Positions 1-7,269 of a stretch of 11,597 nt of DNA are shown one piece after another. Made by a program: the position numbers and the translations under genes. Each line of letters begins with the position of its first letter. Position 1 is the stretch's first letter. The notes below the pieces were generated by a model that was not told the origin of the DNA, did no database searches, and worked only from the letters and a program-made list of their open reading frames with translations. Source of the DNA: Amoeboradix gromovi X-113. Lineage: Eukaryota > Fungi > Sanchytriomycota. The stretch is taken from NCBI GenBank assembly GCA_018985225.1, contig JADGIF010000291.1, positions 1 to 11,597 on the forward strand, given 5' to 3'.

Positions 1-144
1 ATAGAAGAAGATCTTTTATTAATGATAGCATTTCCTCCGTATGGAGCACCTCCTTTAAAAACGAGTTAGTCTAGTTTTGATATTTGGTGTCCCATTTTAA
101 AGAGTAGAATCATCATAAACAATTTGATTTCAAAATTTGAAACA

Positions 145-1342
145 ATGAAAATTCCAATATTATCGCGCTTAGAATTTAACGAATATTGGAATCTTACAAC
201 AGTTATAATCACGATGTTTGCAGAAACTATTCTACGTGTTTTATTTATGGTTGTGCCTCGTAAATTTCTGGAGTATTTTCAGGGTATAAGTTTGAAGACA
301 AAAAGAAGTGACATTGAACATTTTTGTGATGGGGTCGAGTATCATTATACTGCAACAAAGGACGAGTATATTTTGTGCATGCACCGACTGCCAAACCCTG
401 GTAAGCCAGCGATTTTACTCTGCCATGGTTTTATGATGTGCAGTGATATATTTGTAATAGGGAATCCAGATAATTCATTAGCGAAATATCTGCATGCACT
501 TGGATACGACGTCTGGCTGGGGAATAGTAGAGGTAACAAATACAGCAAAAAACATTTGCGACTCTCTACAGATTCAGAAGAATATTGGAATTTCAGTTTG
601 GATGAAATAATCAACTTTGACATTCCTTCAATAATTGATTATGTGTTAAATATCACCAAACAGACCACACTTACTTATATTGGTTTCAGTCAAGGCACGG
701 CTCAGATTTTTGCGGCGCTTTCTGTGCATCCAGATCTCCAGTTGAAAATCAATAAAGTAATAGCATTAGCTGCAGTAATTAAACCTAATCCCCTCAGAGA
801 GACAATACCTTCGGCTTTAATTCAATCTTCACCTGCCGTCGTATATTTGATTTTTGGAAGAAAAGCTATGTTTAGCAGCGTTTACTTTTGGGCCAACAAT
901 CTCGATTCGTACTACTACACCAAGATATTGGATATAGCGATGAACATATTGTTTGGTTGGACTAATAGAAATATTGACAAAATAGACAAGGTACTTGAAA
1001 TTCATATAGCCCACTTTCTACAAGCATTTGTATAGCACGATATCAGTTAAGATTGTCGTTCACTGGTTCCAGATTATCGCGAAAAAACAATTGCAGTTTT
1101 TTGCAGATTCGGATGATGTGTTCAGTAAGCAACCACTTTACCCAGTTGAAAGAATTAACACCAAAGTGTATTTAGCATTAGGGACAAGAGACACTTTGGG
1201 TGACAAGGATTATTTGCAATCTAAGTTAAGGAACAACGAATTTTTGGAGCTAAAAGATTATGAGCATCTTGATGTAATTTGGGGTGATAATGTAAAAAAT
1301 GACGTTTTTCCTTTTGTTAAAAATGCGCTGGAAGATGCTTAA
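145..1342 (+). CDS. TGL1: Alpha/beta-hydrolase lipase / sterol esterase (fungal Tgl1/Yeh-like, acid lipase family). Two exons, 145-990 and 1010-1342, about 392 aa.
   Basis: Motifs LCHGFM, GYDVWLGNSRGNKYS, nucleophile GFSQG, HLYSTISVKIVVHWFQII, catalytic Asp (GTRDTL) and His (YEHLDVIWG). The Asp and His lie in the second ORF (1028-1342). Removing the GT-AG segment 991-1009 joins both ORFs in frame. First ATG is at 145 (the ORF track starts at TTG). The symbol denotes the family, not proven orthology. Confidence 0.88.
991..1009 (+). other. 19-nt spliceosomal intron in the lipase gene
   Basis: AAG|GTACTTGAAATTCATATAG|CCC. Splicing gives DKIDK-PTFYKHLYSTISVK. The alternative acceptor at 1035 runs into a TAA within five codons. 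Confidence 0.85.
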
Positions 1343-1395
1343 TAAACACAACTTGGCAAAATCAGAACTTAGTGAATTTTGGTAACATTTTTGAA

Positions 1396-2136
1396 ATGAT
1401 GTTTATAAGATTGGGGAAGCTGCTCTTTTTATGCCAACTTGGAACTTTGGTTAGGATATTTATAAAGTTTTTATTTACATCAGGTTATTGGGAGCAATTT
1501 AACGCCAATATGCTTATACAAATAACTGGTTGTTTTTTAATGGGAGTAGTCATGAAGAGGAGTGATGAAAAAGAATATGCTCTAGCATTTTGTGGCAGCA
1601 TTACAACCTTCAGTGGATGGATATTGATAATAGTTAAATTGAACCCAGCATGGGCTTCGTTTTGGTTATTGAGTACGTTTTCCATATTTGTACTCTCATT
1701 TAAGGTCGGAGAGCGGCTCCCTTTTAATGCAGTATTTGCTCAGGACAATTATTTGGCTGCTATTGGTCTTGGATCTTTTGTTGTGTGTATTCTCTTGGCT
1801 TGTTTGAATTTCATTTATTTTCCTTTGCCCCTAATTCTTTCCCCAATTGGAGTTTTTTTACGGTATGTAGTATCTCTTCTAAACAACCCCAACGTTCAAT
1901 TGCAGGTCTACTTGGGCACTTTCTTGGTTAACTTTACAGGCACTTTGGGGCTACTTTTACTGTACAAATACTACACTGGTGTTTACTCTGTTGCTGTTGC
2001 AGACGGAATCTTTGGATGCTTCACTACTATAAGCTCTGTTGCTAGAGATGTTTCCAAAGTACCAGTCGCAATGATCTGGACTTTAGCTTGCATCGTTCTC
2101 TCTTGGATTTTTTCTTTTGTAATTATAATATCCTGA
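1396..2136 (+). CDS. FEX1: Fluoride exporter FEX (two fused Fluc/CrcB domains), about 246 aa
   Basis: Hydrophobic multi-TM protein with duplicated Fluc signatures: LGTLVR...TGCFLMG...FCGSITTFSGW and IGVFLRY...LGTFLVNFTG...GIFGCFTTISS. First ATG at 1396. The exact 3' end could change if an unrecognised intron is present. Confidence 0.85.
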   Translation: MMFIRLGKLLFLCQLGTLVRIFIKFLFTSGYWEQFNANMLIQITGCFLMGVVMKRSDEKEYALAFCGSITTFSGWILIIVKLNPAWASFWLLSTFSIFVLSFKVGERLPFNAVFAQDNYLAAIGLGSFVVCILLACLNFIYFPLPLILSPIGVFLRYVVSLLNNPNVQLQVYLGTFLVNFTGTLGLLLLYKYYTGVYSVAVADGIFGCFTTISSVARDVSKVPVAMIWTLACIVLSWIFSFVIIIS

Positions 2137-2296
2137 CAATAACGGGATTCATGTTAAGTATAAAGCTTCACTAAAGTTCCTGGTGGGCCATTTAAAGGAG
2201 CTACCTTTCAAGCTTCCTTTGCCACATTAAGAGATTGCATTAATGAACCGAGTGCAAGATTGTAGTAAAATAAAAGAAGATTTAGTTTATTAATAT

Positions 2297-3691
2297 CTAT
2301 TTGTATCCATGGAGCTCCGTTATGACTTTATCAAACTTTCTATACAGCTGTTTATACATGGGATATATACTTGCGAATATCAGCACTGCTATCAGCAAAC
2401 TCGCCAATGGATCGAATATGAAATACCCAGTGTGGTCGATCAACAGGGTACTCACAATTACCCCAATGCTTCCCAGAGTATCTGCCAATATATGCAGAAA
2501 TACGGCATGCATGTTGTCATCCGAGTGATCATGCTCATGGTCATGTTGATGATGGTCATGTTGATTATGGTCATGTTGATGATGGTCATGTTGATGATGG
2601 TCATGTTGATGATGGTCGTGGTCATGATTAGGGTAATTAATTGAGTGGTGGTCATGGTGGTGATCCTCCTGAATACTTGTTTTCTCTGTATTGCTGACTT
2701 TGCCATGTGAATGGCCGTGACTGTGTGCATCATGAAAGAATACTACACCGACCAAGTTAACTAGCAAACCGCCTACGCTTACACCTAGTAATCCATCCAA
2801 TTGCATATGTTTAGGATAGAGCATTCGTTCAATCCCTTCTGCTGAAATCATAAAGCTGATCAAAATCAATAAAATTGCATTAATAAAAGCCCCAAGTTCT
2901 TGATTCTTACTTTGCTGATAGTATAGTCCTATACCTAGTGCTAAGCAGTCAAAAAACATGTGAATTGCGTCGCTAATCAAACCAAGTGAGTTAGTTAAAT
3001 ATCCATAAATCAATTGAATAAACATATAAGCAAAGTTGATGACTAGAAACAAAAGCAGTTTTTTAGATGAATAGTCGAACTGATTAAACTGAATTCGATT
3101 AACGATGTTGATAGAAATTGCAAGTAATGTCGAGATGATCCCAACCAGTGAGTGCTTTAAAAATAATAGACAGAGCAGTACAACAAACATGTCAGAATAG
3201 TCAACTCCGGAATTAAGATCTACATCGATATAGAATAACAAAATACCTACGAGAACAAGAACAATCCAATCATCCAAGCCACCATAGTTGAAGCGGATTA
3301 TGGATTCAATAGCACAAGAAATATAGAAAAAGGTCATTCTGTTGACGTCGTGATGAGTGGGAGTGATAGGAAGATATTCCTGCTTCTTTAATTTGAGAAG
3401 AAGAAAGGGAAGAGTTAAAATAATGAGAAATTGGGATTCAAAAAACATGACAATGTACAAAAGAGCTGCTAATATATAATACAGGGCAGTTGAGCAGTCG
3501 GTGGTTTTTAAATAATAGAGACTAATAAAATGAAATGGACTGCTTAAAGAGCACATCAGCATTGCAGAGACTTTGAAAATATTAGTGAACTGAATTTGAA
3601 AATTGTTACCGCTGTATAATAGAGTTATATAAGACACCAAGTTTAAAGGAAAGGTATATAATAAACATGCTAAGATGGGTATCAATTTCAT
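2297..3691 (-). CDS. MSC2: Cation diffusion facilitator zinc transporter, Msc2/Cis4/ZnT5-7-like, with extra N-terminal TM segments and a His-rich loop
   Basis: FLVINFAYMFIQLIYGYLTNSLGLISDAIHMFFDC (HxxxD in TM2), NMHAVFLHILADTLGSIGVI (HxxxD in TM5), a long His-rich loop between them, and a hydrophobic N-terminal extension typical of the secretory-pathway subfamily. Confidence 0.88.
   Translation of the reverse strand: MKLIPILACLLYTFPLNLVSYITLLYSGNNFQIQFTNIFKVSAMLMCSLSSPFHFISLYYLKTTDCSTALYYILAALLYIVMFFESQFLIILTLPFLLLKLKKQEYLPITPTHHDVNRMTFFYISCAIESIIRFNYGGLDDWIVLVLVGILLFYIDVDLNSGVDYSDMFVVLLCLLFLKHSLVGIISTLLAISINIVNRIQFNQFDYSSKKLLLFLVINFAYMFIQLIYGYLTNSLGLISDAIHMFFDCLALGIGLYYQQSKNQELGAFINAILLILISFMISAEGIERMLYPKHMQLDGLLGVSVGGLLVNLVGVVFFHDAHSHGHSHGKVSNTEKTSIQEDHHHDHHSINYPNHDHDHHQHDHHQHDHHQHDHNQHDHHQHDHEHDHSDDNMHAVFLHILADTLGSIGVIVSTLLIDHTGYFIFDPLASLLIAVLIFASIYPMYKQLYRKFDKVITELHGYK
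2537..2617. repeat. Coding minisatellite: five copies plus a partial copy of 15-nt ATGGTCATGTTGATG, encoding HQHDH repeats on the minus strand
   Basis: Units start at 2537, 2552, 2567, 2582 and 2597. One substitution in the second unit. Confidence 0.95.
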
Positions 3692-3745
3692 ATTGGAGTA
3701 AATGTCTGAAAAACTTCACGACTTGTTTACTTTTAAGTCCGGACT

Positions 3746-3867
3746 CCTCGTTAAAATTCCTGATTTCCGAGAAAATCGAGAATTTCCACAGAGAAACTAG
3801 CAATGCTAGATGCTCTGTTACAGCGATTGCTCACGCTTTCACTACCCTGCGGCGGGATTGAATAAGG
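3746..3867 (-). ncRNA. Putative omegaRNA (right-end RNA) scaffold of Fanzor copy 1, about 122 nt. The guide would be the flank starting at 3745 (AGUCCGGACUUAAAAGUAAA...).
   Basis: Lies just downstream of the ARNI motif and is conserved with copy 2 up to the GAGG end. Hairpins at 3818-3788 (ACAGAG..CTAGC-ATT-GCTAG..CTCTGT) and 3785-3754. The 5' CCTTATT can pair imperfectly with the 3' AACGAGG. Confidence 0.6.
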
Positions 3868-4173
3868 ATGCATATACTTGATGTATATGTTCCTTGCTGC
3901 CATATGATCTCTATCTATTTCCAAATGACAATTGGTACAGGTGTAGGTTTCTAAATTGGTTTTCTTTAGAGTCCCACACCTTGTACATGTCTGACTAGTA
4001 AATGATTCATTGCATTTGATTATCGTATTTCCTCTTTGCTTACACTTGAACTTCAAGTGTTCCTTGAATGCGTAATGGGACATCGTAGCCATGTTTCTTG
4101 CGACCTTACTCGACAAGCTACTTATCATTTAACTAGTATTGAACGATGGCAACTATATAATATCATATGTCTT
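3751..4173 (-). pseudogene. tnpB: 5'-truncated Fanzor (eukaryotic TnpB, Fanzor2-like) RNA-guided nuclease fragment: RuvC-II region, zinc ribbon and RuvC-III
   Basis: Frame reads KTYDII*LPSFNTS*MISSLSSKVARNMATMSHYAFKEHLKFKC...CNESFTSQTCTRCG...TCTNCHLEIDRDHMAARNI. It has a CxxC...CxxC zinc ribbon and a DRD..AARNI RuvC-III motif. Pro sits at the canonical RuvC-II Glu position with an alternative Glu 47 residues later, the rearrangement known from Fanzors. In-frame stops at 4155-4153 and 4131-4129. RuvC-I and the N-terminal lobe are missing. Confidence 0.88.
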
Positions 4174-4416
4174 TGTATGCTGTACCTGTTAATTATTTAT
4201 TTAGAATTGATTTACCATTTGCGAAAAGGAAGAATATCGAGTATTTAAGGTATTGGAAAAGTCTTGAAATGATACAAAAATATATACAAATTCGCTATAA
4301 ATGATTTATTCAAGAAAATAGTCAACTGTATTTTCTGTCGCAACTATTATTAGCTATTATTGTAGTATACAAAAAGTTCTCCTGTTGGCAAACTTCTATT
4401 ATGAGTCAGTTGTTGA

Positions 4417-4534
4417 CCTCATTGAAAATCTTGATTTACAGAAAATCAATTTTCATAGAAAAACTGACAATCTCGGCGGATCTGTTATAGAATTTGGTCA
4501 AGATTGCGCCACTCTGAAGCGGGCTTGAACAAGG
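4417..4534 (-). ncRNA. Degenerate omegaRNA scaffold of Fanzor copy 2. The guide would start at 4416 (UCAACAACUGACUCAUAAUA...).
   Basis: Collinear with 3746-3867. Terminal hairpin retained (4454-4424). The 5' CCTTGTT pairs with the 3' AATGAGG over 7 bp, including two G-U pairs. Confidence 0.5.
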
Positions 4535-4803
4535 ATGCATATATCTCAGTGAATGTTTCTTGCTGCCATATGGTTTTATCTATGATGGACAATTTGTACA
4601 TGTACTTTTCTCCAAATTCTTTTCTTCAGAGACACATCCGCAGTACACTATTGACTAGTAAATGCTTCGGTTTATTGAACACTTGTCTTTCCTGTACTTT
4701 AGATAAGAGTAGAGCAATATCTTGCTTTTTCTCAACTAGATGGTCTACTTCAAGAATAAAATATATTATCACGATAAATTGTTTATTCAATTAAAATCGA
4801 TAC
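4417..4803 (-). mobile_element. Second, more decayed non-autonomous Fanzor2-like element, copy 2
   Basis: Minus-strand remnants TEAFTSQ*CT / NLEKSTCTNC / HMAARNI / MHP with frameshifts (about 4695-4530). Plus-strand blocks shared with copy 1: TGACTAGTAAATG, TTGCTGCCATATG, GCGGG.TTGAA.AAGGATGCATATA. Right end ...TTTTCAATGAGG at 4417. Left-end motif TTGAATAAAcaATTTATcgtGA at 4790-4769. Confidence 0.75.
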
Positions 4804-5026
4804 CTGTCTCCAATGTTTATGCTGATTTATTTCTGGATCAAGATGCGAGTGCGTGTTACAACCCTGAGCAATGTTGATAAAACTGACAGGCAGAGAAGAA
4901 ACCACAAACGGTTGCCGCCTTTAGCATAGGTAAAGCGAAATGTTATATTTCTATTTGAGCGGACTGCGCTTTGATACGATTATTTTAAAGATCTTGTCTT
5001 ATTATTTTGAGATCTGTCCTAGGTGT

Positions 5027-5578
5027 TTACTGAATACATAAATAATACAAAGGCATGGTGAAATACATAGGAGCAGAATTCTTAGCTAAAAAATTACTAC
5101 CGCATTTTGCATCTATCTCTGCACTGGTCCAGCCTTTTGGTGCCAGCTTAGAATTAGCATCCGTGCTAGAAGTCCCAGTTAACTCCCACTTTTGTTTGAC
5201 AATTGCCAGTTGGGTCGCCCATTTTGCACTACATTTAGAATTGCAGTCAAATTCTGGTAAAGACGTACCTGCTAGCTCTACCGCGCAATACTGATCACCA
5301 TCTTTCAGACATTGTAGGGTTTGAGTTGCTTGAAGATAGTCTAAAGAAGGACCATCAAAGCATTTTATAAAGTAATCGTCGGACAAATCTTTGCAGCTTG
5401 TGCACCGCTCTTTCGAGAATGAGCCTGTGTTAACTTCATCTGGGCCAGCAAACGCACCACTTCCATTTCTCAAGGGGGTGTTGTGGTAGCAACTTGATAA
5501 TGCTACTGTTGCATCAGAACAAACTTTTGTAGATTTTGCCATGACGCTAGCGGAAACTACAGATAAGAATGACAGCAT
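5027..5578 (-). CDS. Small cysteine-rich secreted or cell-surface protein of unknown function, possibly GPI-anchored, 183 aa
   Basis: ATG start, short hydrophobic N-terminus (MLSFLSVVSASVMA), 11 Cys, Ser/Thr-rich segment, and small residues (NSA) followed by a hydrophobic C-terminus. CCAAT motif upstream. No family recognised. Confidence 0.7.
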   Translation of the reverse strand: MLSFLSVVSASVMAKSTKVCSDATVALSSCYHNTPLRNGSGAFAGPDEVNTGSFSKERCTSCKDLSDDYFIKCFDGPSLDYLQATQTLQCLKDGDQYCAVELAGTSLPEFDCNSKCSAKWATQLAIVKQKWELTGTSSTDANSKLAPKGWTSAEIDAKCGSNFLAKNSAPMYFTMPLYYLCIQ

Positions 5579-5708
5579 CGATTAACTAGGCTAGCTGCTA
5601 TTTTAAATTAATTACTTGAAAGGCTATTGGACAAACTGTTGTCGTTGATTGGACTACTAAATTAAAATAAATTTGTGCAGATTTATAGAATATTAAATAA
5701 AGTTTATT

Positions 5709-6959
5709 TCACATGGACCTTATTGCATCCAATAAATCCTTCTGGTTTTCTGGCGGTGCTTCCAAAATGCTTTTCACGACTTGCTGTATCAACCTTACTC
5801 GTTCTAGTTGGTTCTCGCTAACCTTGAGTGCTTTTTCATGGTAGCCCATGTCATTATCAAAATATTCGTCTCCTATTCTTGACATCTTGACTTGTCTCTC
5901 AGACGGGGATGACGACAAAGGAGCTAAAGAAGATTCTCGTTTCTCCCCGATGCCAGGCAAGTTTAGTCTTTGCTGGTATTGTTGAGATTGGAATCCAGAC
6001 GATAGTGAGTGAGAATTTGGAAGTTGTTGGGGTTGGGGTTGAGAGAAGGATAAATTATCTATTCCTCTTAGCTGAGTATTCATACTCGGCAGTGTATATT
6101 TACCTTTAGTTATTGGCTCCAGTCTTCGATTACTATTCAGTTGTGGAACACCCGAATAGTCAACTTTTTGTGGAGCTTTTGTGGCTATAATCAACCCTTC
6201 AATAAATTCACATTTCTCCTTCAGTTTGTATTTCCTACATCCTAAAATGTGTTCAATAATATCAAATAAGGAATTTAAAGAACATTTCTTGACACATGGG
6301 CATGTGAATGTTGTTGCATCTAGTTGGCCATACTTTCTCAAGTATAGTTTATATTCTTGCAAGCCATTTATCTCCTCTCTATTTATAGGTGTTTTGGAAA
6401 ACGTAGCAACTGGTGAAAATGGCACTACGCGACCTAGATGCATTCTCCACATGTCGTTTTTCAAATTGTAGCTTATCTTGTGCAAAGAGTGCATGTTCTC
6501 ACATCTCCTTAGATGCCTAGTTATTGCAATGCTACTCAGAGCATTCTCAGTATTGCAACAAAGACAAACAAACACATTCTTAATTTCGTCTATGGTCCCA
6601 AACTCTTTCAATAGCTCAAAATAGGTAGCGTCTTCTTCTTCGTTATGTTTTTTGGTCTCCAGTAACGAAGTCAAGTAATTAACATTAAATGACAATGTTT
6701 CAATTTCAGGTGAGCCTAAATCCGATTTATCAAGTTTCCTAATGTGTTCTAAAACGTGCTCCACTATTAGGCCTCGCTTAATCAAAAACTTTCGAGAGCA
6801 TGCACATATAAACCGCTCTTCTTTCTCAGTTCCTTCAAACTTTCCGAAATCCTTTAACACAATAAAATCTTTCCAATTCATCTGCTCATCTAACTCATAA
6901 TGCTCTTTTTTAATAGCTAGGAATGACAATTGTTTTGAATCTTCCTCGTTCAATATCAT
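5709..6959 (-). CDS. Hypothetical 416-aa protein with three CxC-x13/14-H-x3-C/H putative zinc-finger repeats and a Q/S/P-rich C-terminal half, possibly a nucleic-acid-binding regulator
   Basis: Long ATG-initiated ORF in AT-rich DNA. Internal repeats at aa 35-72, 117-153 and 207-241. Low-complexity SQPQPQQLPNSHSLSSGFQSQQYQQ region. Confidence 0.8.
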   Translation of the reverse strand: MILNEEDSKQLSFLAIKKEHYELDEQMNWKDFIVLKDFGKFEGTEKEERFICACSRKFLIKRGLIVEHVLEHIRKLDKSDLGSPEIETLSFNVNYLTSLLETKKHNEEEDATYFELLKEFGTIDEIKNVFVCLCCNTENALSSIAITRHLRRCENMHSLHKISYNLKNDMWRMHLGRVVPFSPVATFSKTPINREEINGLQEYKLYLRKYGQLDATTFTCPCVKKCSLNSLFDIIEHILGCRKYKLKEKCEFIEGLIIATKAPQKVDYSGVPQLNSNRRLEPITKGKYTLPSMNTQLRGIDNLSFSQPQPQQLPNSHSLSSGFQSQQYQQRLNLPGIGEKRESSLAPLSSSPSERQVKMSRIGDEYFDNDMGYHEKALKVSENQLERVRLIQQVVKSILEAPPENQKDLLDAIRSM

Positions 6960-7021
6960 ATATGTTGTTATGAGGGGAAGTCGCTATTTATCTCAGAGTC
7001 GATTGGATGGTGAATATTGAT

Positions 7022-7034
7022 ATCGAACCAATCA
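7022..7034. promoter_or_regulatory. CCAAT box (NF-Y/HAP-like) upstream of the 416-aa gene
   Basis: ATCGAACCAATCA, about 63 nt upstream of the ATG at 6959. An identical 13-mer lies upstream of the subtilisin gene. Confidence 0.5.
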
Positions 7035-7269
7035 AGAACTACCGGATGTTTAATGATTAAGTAAAACCGATAATATGGTGCCTAAAAGCTTAGAAATCAT
7101 TAAAACGATATATAAATTTAAGGAATCTAATTTTTATGGTATATGGTCATCGACGAAGATACTAGGATTTACGAACCTGAACATAGAAGCGAAAATAATG
7201 AGGCCGATGCTATGAGATTTTGATTGAGATAAGCGAGAGAGTATAACTAAAATCAAACTATTTTATTCT

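Larger units (their letters stand above)
3746..4325 (-). mobile_element. Non-autonomous, internally deleted Fanzor2 / IS607-TnpB-like element, copy 1
   Basis: Contains the C-terminal part of a Fanzor/TnpB nuclease. Similarity to copy 2 stops abruptly after ...TTTTAACGAGG (terminal G at 3746, minus strand). Shared putative left-end motif TTGAATAAAtcATTTATagcGA at 4313-4292. The left boundary is approximate. Confidence 0.72.

Noticed and set aside
2537-2617. Repeat array as a CRISPR-like locus
   Set aside because: Contiguous units with no spacers, in frame within a protein-coding gene.
2301-2733. Overlapping ORFs 2301-2528, 2309-2644 and 2458-2733 with MVMLM or MTIIN repeats
   Set aside because: Alternative-frame shadows of the His-coding minisatellite in the transporter gene.
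3751-4128. The 125-aa ORF as an active or miniature nuclease
   Set aside because: It lacks RuvC-I and the whole recognition lobe, homology continues upstream through stop codons, and its tail is read-through of the RNA scaffold.
4129-4155. In-frame TAG and TAA in the Fanzor fragment as a sign of TAR-to-Gln recoding, as in some aphelids and ciliates
   Set aside because: Host genes here are long open frames under the standard code, use CAA/CAG for Gln, and several end in TAA or TAG. The stops are better explained as pseudogene decay.
4504-4794. Plus-strand ORFs 4504-4794, 4036-4248 and 3667-3861 as genes
   Set aside because: They are antisense to the Fanzor remnants and have no recognisable protein features.
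4840-4980. Slightly GC-richer stretch with a small hairpin and a CAGAGAAGA motif resembling U6 snRNA
   Set aside because: It lacks the full ACAGAGAAGAUUAGC context, and I saw no snRNA, RNase P/MRP or tRNA signature.
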